Both the position numbers and the translations under genes were made by a program. Positions 1 to 13,100 of a DNA stretch of 64,000 bases are shown here, piece by piece; position 1 is the first letter of the stretch, and each line of letters begins with the position of its first letter. The notes under the pieces were generated by a model. It was given only the letters and a program-made list of their open reading frames with translations, did not search any database and had not been told where the DNA came from. The stretch is from assembly GCA_010093815.1 (NCBI GenBank), contig ML996582.1, one strand, 5' to 3'. The stretch is from Pseudovirgaria hyperparasitica. Lineage: Eukaryota.

Positions 1-929
1 GCCGTCTCGCAAATGTTGATCCGCACGGCCCACACATCAACCGCGAAATTGCTGAGATCGAGGAAAAACTTGCTGCAGAACGCGCTGGTGGTGACCATGG
101 AATGATGGAAGTGTTCACTGGCCCTCGAATGATGTATCGCACTCTTTTGGGTATGATCTTACAGGCTGGACAACAACTCACTGGGGGCAACTACTTCTTT
201 TATTACGTCATCACGATTTTCACTGCGACAGGACTGTCAAATCCCTACGTCACCTCAATCATTATCGGCTCCGTTAACGTCGGAGCTACCATTCTGGCTA
301 TCATCTTCGGTGACCGTATTGGTCGTCGAAAGGCTCTTATGGGCGGAGCTGCCTGGATGTTCGTATGCTTCGTAATATACGCTTTCGTTGGTCATTTTAT
401 GCTTAAAGAGGGTCATGGCAATACCAGCACTGCCGGTTCTCTACTCATCGTCTTTACATGTCTCTTCATCGCTGCTTTTGCAACAACTTGGGGTCCACTC
501 GTGTGGAGCGTGGTTGGTGAATTGTACCCCGCTCGCTATCGCGCATGGGGTATTGCTCTTGCAACATCAGCAAACTGGGGCATGAACTTCCTCATCTCGT
601 TCTTCAGTCCCTTCATTACTGGCAAGATTGATTACTATTACGGACTTGTTTTCGGTGTTTGCTGTCTTGCACTGTTCTTCATTGTTTACTTTTTCATGAT
701 CGAGTCTCTCGGCCGGTCCCTCGAGGAGATCGATACCATGTACGTGTTGCATGTCGATCCACGGAAAAGCGCTTCATGGACTGGAGACGATCTTGGCCGT
801 GATGGACCGATTGCCGGAACTGATCAGATGTTTTTGACAAGTGGCGGACGGAACATCAAGAAGGTTACTGAAGGTGGTGACGCAGTGAGGGCTCAGAGTG
901 TTCATCTTGAGGGTTCGTCGAGCACTTAG
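1..929 (+). CDS. MFS sugar (hexose) transporter, 5' end outside window
   Basis: Sugar-porter motifs QQLTGGNYFFYY, DRIGRR, WGPLVWSVVGELYPARYR, ESLGRSLEEID; frame open from the window start. Confidence 0.92.
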   Translation, partial: RLANVDPHGPHINREIAEIEEKLAAERAGGDHGMMEVFTGPRMMYRTLLGMILQAGQQLTGGNYFFYYVITIFTATGLSNPYVTSIIIGSVNVGATILAIIFGDRIGRRKALMGGAAWMFVCFVIYAFVGHFMLKEGHGNTSTAGSLLIVFTCLFIAAFATTWGPLVWSVVGELYPARYRAWGIALATSANWGMNFLISFFSPFITGKIDYYYGLVFGVCCLALFFIVYFFMIESLGRSLEEIDTMYVLHVDPRKSASWTGDDLGRDGPIAGTDQMFLTSGGRNIKKVTEGGDAVRAQSVHLEGSSST

Positions 930-1397
930 CCGCAGAATATTGGATGATTGCCCCGAAAACACGTTTTAGCATGGTATCATATCGGATAGGACGTGATATC
1001 CCCGTCACTGTGTTTCAGCACATGTGCGGGGATCATACCGCTGCATAAGCAGCTCGGGGGTTTCTCAATAATCACTTTCGAATACTCATGTATATTTGAA
1101 CCCAAATGCTCGCCATCTATTGATTCTTGCAAGTCATGATAGGCATCAGTATCCTCTTTCTACGTTTGAGCGGACGAAAAGGCCGTTGTAGCCGGTAACC
1201 AGGGTCTAGAAATGTAGGGGTTTCAAAACGCCATATCTGTTGTACCATGGCTTACCCCTCTTCTTCTAGGTAACACAGGTTACTGTTTCAATGTTTGTCC
1301 TCCCGCATTCACAGTTTGAGCTCGTTATTCATCGCCACCGCAAAAATCCTACAGAGTCACAGGTTCCTTCTAGATTAAAAGCAATAAAACTTTCGCC

Positions 1398-3326
1398 ATG
1401 ACTGAAAGTAGCCCACACGTCGTTACTTCAGCCATAACGTCCTATGGCGGTATTTCCATGCTCACCCAAATCGAGCAAGGTCTTACAAAGAATCCTCATT
1501 CTCTAGCTGTCATATCACAACATCAACTTTCAGGGCATCTGTCTGATATTACCAGTCCTTGTACGGACGAACCAGTGAACAACGGCTGCTTGGCCTGGAC
1601 ATACACTCAGCTCTTCGAAGCAGCCCTAAGACTGGCACTCGGCTTACGCATTCGGAGCATCCCAACTAACTCGGCTATTGTTACATTTATCCCTAACAGA
1701 GTTGAGTGGGCTCTCTTCCTTTGGGCGTCGACCATACATAAGCTGAACTTTGGATCTTTGGATCATACTGCACTCCAATCTGGCCGCCAACAAGAGCTCA
1801 GGGGCTACCTGACAGTACTTCGGCCTACAGTCGCTGTTGTTGTCAGACCTGAAGATTATGGGCAGATATATCGTGCTTGTGATGCTTGCGGGGTGGAGCA
1901 GCCATTGGTGGTCGTCCTTGCGCCCACACAACCAGTATCAGATGAGGCGTCTCGCCCATGGGTATGTATTAGTGAACTAGCAGCGTTTATATCTCCGTCA
2001 GACCAAGAAGATAGATCCATAATTCTTAGAACCGCAAGACGATATGACCCTGAACGCACCGCTGTCACTCTATTCACAAGCGGCACAACCTCTGGCCGGC
2101 CAAAAGGATGTCTGCGCCATGTGCAAGGATCCACATTCGTAACAGACGCTATATCCGACTCATTCAGATTAGCAGAAGACGCATGTCGATTCCTGCACAT
2201 GGGCGTGAACTATCGCGTATCAACGGTCGCGCTGAGTCTATCGACCTGGAAATGTGGCGGGGCGACGGTGATATCTGGCGATGAATTCACCGCGGAGAGC
2301 GCGTTGCGTGCTATCGAGCGCTATGCCATCACGCACATGTTCTGCGCACCGTCTTTGTTCCATGCGCTTGAGGATCATCCCGCTTTTCCGAGAACCAACT
2401 TGACGCCGTTGAGGTATGTGCTCTTGGGAGGTGAGATCATTTCGAAAGAACGGTTCATGCACGCGGCAAAGGTTTTTCCAGGAGCGAAGATCGCGATTGG
2501 CCATGGGATGGTATGTTGCAGTTTCGTTTTCAAGATGTCATCAGAATTACTAATCATATTACTTCGTAGACTGAATGCAGTGGCACGTTCGTATGGCCTT
2601 TCTTCGACTCTGCGATTGAGGATATTCCGTTCAGGGATGGTATTGCGCCTGTCGGCTACGTTTTGCCCGGCCAAGCCATACGGATCTGGGATCTAGCCAA
2701 TGACCGTCTTGCCCAAGCTGATGAAACTGGCGAGCTACAGATTTGCTCTCCCGCATTGATCAAGGACTATGTCGGTGTGGAAACCGTGGGTACGTTCATT
2801 GATGATCCCACTGGTCGTTGGTTCAAAACAGGGGATATCGCAGTCATGAACGAAGTCGGATTGGTGTGGATCCTAGGCCGTCTCAACGACAGTATAATAA
2901 GTCCTACGCTTTGATAGATGCAATATCATTAACACTACTAGGAATCAAACGAGGAGGTTGTTCCATCACACCAGCCGCTATCGAAGCATGTATTGAAGAG
3001 TATGTCGGCACTTCTGTAAGTTCTCGGCGGGGGTGTCCTTCACAAAACTCTTACCTCCATAGGCTTGTGTCTTCGGCATGGAACACGCGACTCTAGGAGA
3101 GGATGTCTACGCAGTAGTCGAGCAGCTCCATGGTAAAACCAGAAAAAATATAGCAGAGCATGTTCTTGTTAATCTGGGCAAGGACTACGCTCTCGGCAGG
3201 ATCTTTATCTTGGAAGAGCTAGGTCTCGACGTCTTTCCGACGAATGCAACGGGGAAGAAGATGAAGGGTGTTCTAAAGTCTGATGTGATGAGATACTTGG
3301 CTAGCAAACTGCCGAGAATGGCTTGA
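1398..3326 (+). CDS. AMP-dependent acyl-CoA synthetase/ligase (ANL family), 4 exons
   Basis: Motifs FTSGTTSGRPKG, GHGM|TEC, WFKTGDIA, IKRGG, PTNATGKKMK; GT-AG introns ~2511-2569, 2892-2941, 3016-3062 join the ORF fragments. Confidence 0.88.
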
Positions 3327-4147
3327 TTAATGTCAATTCGTGATCTCTAAAATATGTTAGAAGCTATATAATAAGGACTGTCATTATATAGTGTGATTTG
3401 AGGACTGATGTTGGGAAAACATCATGATAGTACTAGGAGTCATTGAGTCCAAATTGCTCATATCAACGTTCATGAAGTTTGCGTACCTTAAGACCAGTAT
3501 GGAGGAATTTCTCGGATTAGACTTTTACAAGGACTGACATTGTAAGAGATCCTCCGTTCGACGTTTCCATCTACAAGATAAGACGCTCTCAGTAGAGCCA
3601 GAACACTTAATCGCTCCGTAACCTTCCAAATACGAATGCCGGAGGCGATTGCACGAACTGTGAGCCAAGACGAGGAATAACAATTCTGCGTTTTCAGTCC
3701 TTGGTCCCACGAAAGGTAGGCCTACTCTATACAGCGGAGGAGACGCAGCGGAGAGGCAGATTAGATACCACTCAATGTATACAATGTTATCTCGGGAAGA
3801 TTCGACAGAGGTCATCTCGTGAAATCTGCAGGAGAGCCTAGAAGGCAAAGGATTAAGTTGGGTAGCGTCGCAAGGCTAAGCAGCTGCAGCCCTATTGAGT
3901 CACGAGTTATAGCCTGCATGGAACACGTGATATTGGGTGAGATTCAGACTCTGAAATGGTTATATTAATATCTCTAGTAAAGCCTACGTATAGGCCTGGT
4001 CTTCTTTCACGATTTCTCTTCGTTCGCTTAATGCGAATCTCTGACCAGAGAGGGTATCTTGACAAGCGAATGGTGATTACAAATTATTAATGCGTCTATG
4101 GGCGGAGATCACAGATCTCCTCGCTTATGCTCATGCAAAAATTCGAA

Positions 4148-5149
4148 TCAAGCAGTCTTCGGCTTCTCAATTGGTTTGCCATTCTCGTCTATTAGACCTT
4201 TTGCACGCATGACCTTCAAGGCATCGTGTAGCGGATCCAGGCTTGGATCTGGGGCGCGGTGGCTTCCGAAGTATGAATCGGCGAAGGTAAAATACTGTCC
4301 GTAGTTGACGGTGAAGTACATGTGGTGCAGCGTGTGATGCGCAGGGCTGTTGAGCCACGCCTCAGTCCAATGGCCAGTGATCATATCGCCGTCGTGAATG
4401 AGTATAGTCCAGATCTGGACGGCAACGAAGAGAACGAGGTATAGATAACGCTGCATAGGGCATATGAAGACGACCAGATGATAAGGGACCGATTGAATGA
4501 AGCCGTCGACAGGATGAAAAGCCAGAGCAGCCCATGGTGTGGGCACTATATTGCGTTAATTTACCGGGAGGCGGAGATTGGAGGTCACGTGATACATACC
4601 GATCCATTTGTGATGCGGCTTGTGGACATACTTGTAGACACTTGGATGGTGCTCAAGACGATGAATCCAGTAGATCGCAATGTCATTGAAGGCCATGTAC
4701 AACACAGCGGAGCATACCAGCCACGGCCAGCCGTAGTCGCCCACATTGGAGTATATCAGACTCTTTCCGCGCACTTCAGCCAAGAAAATGGGTAAGGTGA
4801 GGAGGGTGATGAACGGCACAGCGAACATTGAGGATTTTATTTCAAGTTTGACTTGGTTCTTTAAAAAGCGGGGGTGGTATTCGAGACGGCGGTCGAAGAT
4901 GAAGTAGTATGACAGCGCGCTGAATATGAAGTACAACGATGAGGCACCGATTTGCGTGATGGTAAGGATGGAGATGATCTGACGGTATATGTTGTCGCGC
5001 GGCCATTGTGACGAGATCGTTGCGTCTAGTATTGGGAGGTCGGAGTATGAGGTGTTGTTGTTGCTGAAGGAGAGGGCTTGTTGAGGGAGAGCCCAGGCAT
5101 AGGCTTTGTCAAGCACCAGGGGGTCGAGGAACTCCAGAGCCACGTCCAT
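4148..5149 (-). CDS. ERG3: C-5 sterol desaturase
   Basis: His boxes HRLEH, HKPHH, HHTLHH; TPWAALAFHPVDG; intron 4546-4599 (GTATGT...TAG); start MDVALEFLD. Confidence 0.95.
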
Positions 5150-7149
5150 GATGGATGAGGAGGGCGGAGTGACAATAGCGGTTCGTGAGAAGTGCGCAAG
5201 TATACAATCAAACGTCCCTCGATCAGACGCACTATACAAGGCTCGAGGATGGAGTGATGGGACGCGACAATTGGGAAGAAGAAGCTGGAGTTGAAGAAAA
5301 AAAGAGTGGGAGTGCGATCTCTGCTAGTGACATCGGAAGGAGATTTGCCGCTTCCTCCAGCGCCGGCGTCGCCAGGGTCCAAAGTCACACCATTTGGCCT
5401 TCCCAGGTTCCCCACCTGCACTAAGCCTTATTAGCGTCAGGGGCCTGTTGATCTTGTCTCCTTTCGGGGAGGGGCAAAACATCCCGCTCCAGATCATCGC
5501 GTCGCCGCCGGAGGAGGGAGTATTTAAAGTATCTTCGAGCAGGCACTGGACTTTCCAGCTCGCTGAATATTCTCAAGAGACTGTCTAGAGAGTGTCATGC
5601 TCACGCGTATCCTTATGAGAATGCAATCGACCTAGGCGGCGTCTCCCTACTAAAAAAGGTAACTAGTAGAGGAACAAAGACACTTTCCATTTGAAGACTC
5701 GAGACAATTTAAACCAACACTTTTAAAATTGGGACTCTGGCTCGTGTCTCAATGCTGGAAAATGATGCCAGCCCAGCTTTCCGAGTCTCTATCTTATCTA
5801 CTCGTTGGCCAAAATCGCTAGCACGACGTAGGTAATCGCTATATCTGCAGAACGCTGGACCGGGACATGTATATCTGGTGGGACTTTGGTATTCGCCAGT
5901 ATAGTCTTCATCTGAATGATGTACCTTTCGACTCACTGACACTAGCTCTGGCTTACGGAGCCCTCTCCGATATGTCTTCTACACTACTCAAACTGAGTTC
6001 AGTACTAGAGTGATATTCTACTTCGGCAGCGGGCATGATCTCTATACATCAGTTCGCTCGATCTCACCATTGCCATCTCGTCCAGGTATGCCGGTAATGA
6101 CACCAGGTGAAAAGCTAGAAGAAAGCTTGCCGCTCTGCGGCATATGCTCTCATTCTTTTGTTCAAACAATTGCCATAGCTAAGGCTTCTGCCGCGAGAAG
6201 TCTTCTTGACGCTTTCTATGGGCAAAGTATTCTGATTGTTCATGCGCCAGTAAGTGTGAAAACTGACGGAGTACTTGGCGAACTGTATTCGCTTTCAGTA
6301 TCGACTGTCCTCACTTGCTGTCTGGTTCATGGCGAGTTACACACGATTAATCGAAGACGAAAGTAGTGACGTGTTGAACAAGTCCGGCTGCAGCTTGAGC
6401 CTGGTGACTGGGTGCTATCAAGATTAGGATCAGCCACCGAGCCCCCCGTCCACTAAACCGCGGAATCGGTTACGCTGAATTCATACAACTTCAGTATCGA
6501 CGAACAAATCAGGGAAGCAAAAATACTTGCCTTTGCCTCGTATACCTCTATACTTGTGATGAACCATTGGCTCTGGCTCATCTTGCCGGTGTCATGCGAA
6601 ATCAAGTTGCAGACTCGGATCTGTCGTGCCTCAAACGATATGATGAATAGAGGAACGAGAGTTTCTAGATGAAGGCTTAACGTTCGCAGTGATTAGGTCT
6701 GCAGGAGAGAACGTTGAAAGTTTAACGGACGGCAACACAGACATAACTGCTCCACCGCGTAACTAACACTGTCATAACTTTCCACGCAGGTCAACAGTGC
6801 TGAGAAGTGAAAGCATCGCACAGCTTTGTGGTTGAGTGTCAAACCACTGTTCCAGTATCGTACGTGAATATTTGTAACTTTAGCATTCACACTACGTAGC
6901 TACCAGGGTAAGCCATAAAGGGTTTAGTGAACAAAGGCTAATGTATTGTTCCAAGCTATGATCCATAAGCGTAACCTAAACAGACTAGATGCTCTGACGT
7001 GTCTATAAGATGCCCGTACGGTGAAGCACGATTACCTTGAACAATGCAGTGCCACACAGATAGATGCCTATCTTCCGCCCGCGGAATGACACTTCCTCGA
7101 TTCAAGGCCATCTCAAGCAGCTTGGAAGTCTCTCAACGAACCCAACAAT

Positions 7150-7692
7150 CTAAGCTCCACAAAGTGTGTAGCGGATATCACCGCCAGTCCCGGCCACGTT
7201 CGAGTTGGGCTGCTCGGGGGCTGCGGTGGCCTTGGAGTCGTAGTAGACCTGACTGGGGCATTCCTGGCTCGCAGGGCAGGTAAATTTGCGGCAATTGCCG
7301 CTGGCACATACAACACTCAAGCCATCCTTCCATACCGGGCAGTTGGCGCCTCCGGAGGCGGGACCGGTCGCGCAGTCGACGAAGGAGATATCGTACCAGA
7401 TCCTGTTGCCGACAACATCGACAGTATACTCAAGTTGAGTGACTGGGCGCATCGGGGAGCCTGTGTTGGTGGTGCTGAGCTTGATGGAGACTCCGCCGGA
7501 CGACGGTACGCGGATCTCATCGTAGTGGATGGATTGGCGGTTGATAATGTAAGGGGCGGGAGTTCGATGATCGGCGTCAATGGTCCATGCCCAGAGATCG
7601 TAGCCACAGTTGTTGACCACTACCGCATTATTGGCTGATACGGCAGATAGGAGAGCCATAAAGAGGGGGACCAGGATGGTCATGATGAACAT
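7150..7692 (-). CDS. Small secreted Cys-rich protein, Bys1/thaumatin-like
   Basis: Hydrophobic signal peptide then AVVVNNCGYDLWAW, GGVSIKLS, TQLEYT, IWYDISFVDC and C-terminal YTLC, typical of Bys1-like proteins; single exon, ~180 aa. Confidence 0.75.
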   Translation of the reverse strand: MFIMTILVPLFMALLSAVSANNAVVVNNCGYDLWAWTIDADHRTPAPYIINRQSIHYDEIRVPSSGGVSIKLSTTNTGSPMRPVTQLEYTVDVVGNRIWYDISFVDCATGPASGGANCPVWKDGLSVVCASGNCRKFTCPASQECPSQVYYDSKATAAPEQPNSNVAGTGGDIRYTLCGA

Positions 7693-8703
7693 GATGGGGC
7701 TTCTATGTGGAACTAGTGCGCTTTGCAAGGGGATACTGGTTCATAAGAGATTGGTATAGTCTGAGATTGTCGTGAACATTGGCAATGTGTAAGAGGTATC
7801 CGCATTAGGGGATGGTATTTATAGCCATGCTATCAAAGTACGCGTCTCGGAAGAAGATATTAACAGTGGTGCAAGAGACTCGTCACAGGTAAGAATGCGT
7901 TTACTGGGCGGTTTTTTACTGACCTCTGCTTACAGAGGGTGTGCTCATTTGGAGAGGAATCATCCATGTGTGAGCCTTCGTTCACAGATAGGAGTATGCG
8001 GAGACACTCCAAGAGGTCATGGAACTGGTATACTCGTAAGTACCATAACGCTTTACAGTTCTGCCGTGTGGGATACCTCCAGGGCTAGAATGTTACTGCA
8101 AAGCTCTTCAAAAAGTGCCTTGCAAACGACCTTACGCCCAGGACGGAGCCTGAAGTCGCAACAGGCGGCTTGCATCAGCGGAGTTGAGCTACGCTTGAAT
8201 GGTCAAGGAAATTTCATCCCCCACAACTGACACTGTGAATGATCCAAGCAGGCTAAAGAGGAACAAGCAAACCCATTTAGCTGTGTCTTCTATCACATTA
8301 AGTCATTGCGTTTAACATCTTACCACGGATAAAGATGTAACATCATACAGTCCCAAGCCGTCCACAGCGAACGTCCCCTAAAGCCTTTCCACTTCTCACG
8401 CACTTCCGAACCGCCGTGTCATTAGACATTGTCTATAAATCTAAAAATCTCATCACTCTTGCAAAGTCTTCTTCCATGCCATTTTCCACGCCATCGAAGC
8501 TTGTGGAGTCTGCCCGGGGGAAGAGGGGTCAGGGGACATTTTACTTGATAATATCTACGATACATTGCAGGGTCGAATAAAGTCGCCATGGAGTTACCTC
8601 ATTCTAAACCCCTTATATATATACCCCAATCTCCCGCCCGCTACACCCACCACGACCACCAACCCTCTTCGCCAGCACCACTACCACCATCACCACCACC
8701 AGA

Positions 8704-8952
8704 CTACCCCAGCACCGGCGGCCGCGGCGTCGGCGACACCCCCGTAGCAATATCGACAAACACACCCAGCACATCCGACGGCACCTGGGCATACACGTGC
8801 ACGACTTGCAGCGCACAGGGAACCAGGGTATACGTCAGAAACACATCGAAGAAGACATGTGCGGGGACGGGGATCTTGTGTAATAGGCCGAGGTCCTGGC
8901 ATGAGAAAGAGGGTGTCAGTGGGGTTTGTATGGTATGTATAGGAAGGGAGGT

Positions 8953-9017
<65 letters not shown>

Positions 9018-9518
9018 AAGGGGGGAGACGCACGCCGGTGACGTTGAAGAAGGAATGCGTGTCGTCGATGTTCAGATATTTATCCGTGTGCACGTCCGTG
9101 ACGATTTGGTATATAATGGCCAGAAAGCCGATCGAGGTCTGCCGCTCCAGGGAGACGGGGATGTCGCCGATTTCATTGGGGTTTCTGGACGTGCGGACAG
9201 TCGCGGTTAGTTGAATGTGGCGCTGTCTTGTTGGTGTTGATGTTGTTGATATGGACGTCTACATGGACATGGGGGAGTGAGTATTGGACAACAAACGTAC
9301 ATGATGATCCTCGCGTCGGGCGAGAATGCCAATGCCTCGTACGCGGCCGTCGACTCGGCAGCGGTCGGCTTCTGGATTGCGTAGACGGCTTCTTTGGCAA
9401 TCTCGATGCGGCGCTGGGCGTTGCATTGCGCGGCAGCAGGAGACGACAGAGGACCTGCGACGGAGCAATGCAGTATCGCCGCGGCGGCTGCGAAGACTTG
9501 AATTGCTGGGAAGCGCAT
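8704..9518 (-). CDS. Small secreted protein of unknown function (186 aa, 3 exons), candidate effector
   Basis: Signal peptide MRFPAIQVFAAAAAILHCSVA; exons 9518-9301, 9184-9034, 8895-8704 splice in frame via introns 9185-9300 (GTACGT..CTAAC..CAG) and 8896-9033 (GTGCGT..CTGAC..CAG). Confidence 0.75.
8953..9018. repeat. (GA)n microsatellite inside intron 2 of the secreted-protein gene
   Basis: Visible GA run with occasional GAAA. Confidence 0.95.
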
Positions 9519-9867
9519 AATTCTGGTGTGATTCCAGGCAGGGTAGGAGTTTGTTATGACTGTTTGGAGTATAAAAGATGATGAAAAACCTCCACCGAGA
9601 AGAGCCTCGAATATCTGCCGGTGTGGAATTCGATAGAGTTCTCTACAAACAACCACTGTGAGCAAACAAGCGAGCGACAGCGGCTCTGCAATATATATAT
9701 ATATATATCTACTACTACATACATACATGTAGTAATGCTGGGGGCATTATGTCATTTTTTTTCCATCTTCACCACCGACGCATCCACGCATAACATGCAT
9801 ATGCATACGCATACACGATAACAAGCTCCCCACTACATGAATCCGGATGGATACTGCTAGCATCACA

Positions 9868-10000
9868 TGTGGGATTCCTATTAGGTAATCCCCGTTACTT
9901 AGATCTTATTTAGCGTTAGGCTGGTATATATAGCACTTAGATAGACTTAGTAGACACGTTAATTAATTTTTACCACGTCTAATTTACTAAAGTTCCTATA
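9868..10000 (+). repeat. E1 5' LTR (133 bp)
   Basis: Matches 31839-31971 except 6 RIP-type transitions; followed after 2 bp by TAGTAGC (de-RIP TGGTAGC, tRNAiMet-type PBS). Confidence 0.95.
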
Positions 10001-10149
10001 TCTAGTAGCTGAAATCTAGTTTTTATCCTCCTAGGGAGGCTATCGCTTCGGCGATGCCTCCTAAGGGGTAGTTATCTTACCCCTTATATAAGGGAACTCG
10101 TTAAAAACATTTAACGCTTACGACGAACTATATAACTTACTAGATAATA

Positions 10150-13100
10150 ATAAGAACGAACCTAGAGTCTAACACGAAAACCCTTCTCTAAAGTAATATA
10201 TTCTAATTTCGGAGATAGAAATTACGGTAATAAAGCTTAATGACTAAATTCGATAGTCCTAGCGGATAGTAATATATTATAAAATAAGCTAAAAGAGTCA
10301 CGTAAGAAAAATATATATTAACTCCCTCTATATCCGCGATAAATATTCTAGCTACTTATTAATATAAATTAATACCGTAATTCTAACTTAGAAGATAATT
10401 ATTACCCTAGGAAACGCCTTCCTTACCTAAGCTATATTAAGATATCTTCCTTATAGAACCCCGATCGCGATAGCGACGTCTCTATAGAAGGAGCTAATAC
10501 TCCCTAAAATATAGGACGCGCCCGTAATAAGCCGTTAAATACTATTAACGCGCTTACCGCACTCCTTAATACTAACCCGGCTATAAGGGACCTTACTAGA
10601 GACGCTCGTACGTTAGTACTAATTAATATATATACTAATCGACTCGAGTTATAAATAAGGAACGACTATATTACTCGAGAAGAACTAGTAAGAGACTTTA
10701 ATAACCTCCTCCTTAATAACCCTAACCGGGCGAGCCTAGCTATACTAGTAAGAAGAGGCCGTATCCTACTCTAAGCACCTAATATATACTTAGGAGAAAC
10801 TAGAGATAACGCCTACGAGGAATAGTACTTATTAATCTAGAAATGGATTTATACCGTGGAATTAGTAGAGCGCTAGGAAGCTATACCTAAGTTCGAGAAA
10901 CTATAAATCTATAGAATATATATATTAAAGTATATCTATACCCTTTAGTATAGCCTTATAGAAGCCCATAGACGTAATAACCTAGATAGTCCTTAAATAC
11001 TAGACGGCTTTCTAGATATTATACGTTAAACGTATATCTCTACTAATCGCCCCGAATAGCGTAGAAAGAAATAGAAGAACCTTACTTAATATCGTTTCGG
11101 ATCTACCTTAAAGCTTATTAATACTATTATTAAAAAGGCACGACTTCTACGACCCATGCCTTCTAAATATAAGATATAGCGTAGAATTCTAGGCGCCCTT
11201 AAGTCTAAGGTTTAACGTAAGATCGAAAAGTAGCCCTTTTCTTCTATAGGATTAGAAGAGTAGTATCTATAGGTAAAGAGGCTAGAGGAAGCCTTATATA
11301 TCTACTCTAGAAACGAATACTATAGGCGGGAGGCTACTTATTATATTAATACTATATATTACTAAGACGAAGAGGAGGAACCGGAAGAATTCGAACCTTC
11401 TAAGGACTTATATATACGCGAAGATAAATTAGGCGACTACTCTAGAGACGAGGGTAAGCTCCACGCGTTTATAAAGCGTTAATAGAGTAACCGAGGCCGC
11501 GGTAGAGGCTAGAACTAAGGCCGAGGCTATGGTAAATACTAAGGAGGCTCGTTAAGAGCTCTTAATAAAACCCGAGAATACTTTAACTATAAGAAGTTAG
11601 GATATATCTCGAGATTCTACCCCGAAAATCCAACTCTAGGTAAGCTAGTCTATATTACTACTAAGGATGACGCGTTAAGCGTCTTTAATAAAGAGGCCCT
11701 AAAAGCTAGTCGCCCGTAGTAGATATAGAAGATACTACAAGCAACTATAAGAGCTTCTATACTAATAATACCGATAAAAATAAGATAAACACATAGAACT
11801 ATAAACATATTAACGCGCTTTACAAATCGCTAGAGAGTGTCTACTATTATTAAGAGGAGTTAACGGACGTTATCGACGATCGCCTCTATTAACTAAACTC
11901 TATTAGTAGATAGTTACTAGAACTTAAGGCTTACGTAGGGGAAGTCCACCCCTAGAGGGTTTTAGTCCTTATTAACTATAGGGCTAATAGAACGTATACG
12001 TTAACGAAGGTTACTAGGCGTCTAAAGCTAGTACCGTAACCTACCCCCGTAATACGTGTTAAGCTTCCGTTAGGAGCCCTAATAATAAGTTAAGAAGTTA
12101 TAAAAATCCCTCTTTATATGGAAAGCTTTACTTACGAAGTCTCCGCGAGAGTACTTAACCTTAAGGGCTATAATCTAATTCTAGGTTATAAATGGCTTTA
12201 TAAATAGGATCCCGATATATTATAGAGATCCTATTCCCTAGTAATTAGGAGGCTAGTAGCTTAAGGAAGGACTAAGGAGTATCTCCTTAAGGGGATTCCC
12301 GCGTTAATCGATATTAACTTATAAGGAGAATAAGTGCTAAACGTCCTTACCGCTAGCTAAGCACGGAAATAATATCTAAACGGCTATAAGTAAGGTGTAA
12401 TATGGTTCATTAGGAAAGATAACCCTCCTATACCATAGGCACCCGATCTAATACTATAAACGGTTTTAACGGAGTACTAGGACGTCTTTAAAGAAAAGCT
12501 ACCTAAAGGACTACTACCTTTAAGATAATAGGACTATAAGATAGATATAGGAGACGGCCGACCCGTTAATAACGCCGTCTACCGCCTCTCCCTAGAATAA
12601 ATTACTAAATAGTAGAAGTAGATATAGGAGCTTATCGAGCGAGGGCTTATCTAAGAATTAGGAAGTACCTAGGGTAGCCTAGTACTTTTCGTACCTAAAC
12701 CCGGAGGTAAATAGCGAATATATATTAATTATCGAGTACTTAATATACTTACGTATAAGGATACGACCCCTCTTCCGTATATAGATGAATACCTATATAC
12801 CTTCGGCTAGTTAATAGTGTTTAGTAAGATAGACTTAACCTTAGGGTTTTAGTAAGTACGAGTAGCCGACGAAGACGTCCCTAAGACCGCCTTTAACACG
12901 ATTTATAGTAAATACGAGTTTAAGGTAATGCCGTTTAGTCTATTAAACGCACCTACCACATTCTAAAAGATAATAAATCGAGTTCTTTAACCCCTACTAT
13001 ATAAATCCGTGGTTATATACCTTAATAATATTATTATCTTTTCCGAAGATATGGAAGAACACGCTAGAGTACTATTAAAAGTACTTACTCTACTCCGTGA

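Noticed and set aside
1..5149. Secondary-metabolite cluster (transporter + acyl-CoA ligase + desaturase)
   Set aside because: No PKS/NRPS/terpene backbone in the window and ERG3 is a housekeeping gene; cannot be supported here.
6010..6366. LVHGELH resembling a phosphotransferase HGDL motif
   Set aside because: Single weak motif in a short ORF with no other kinase motifs.
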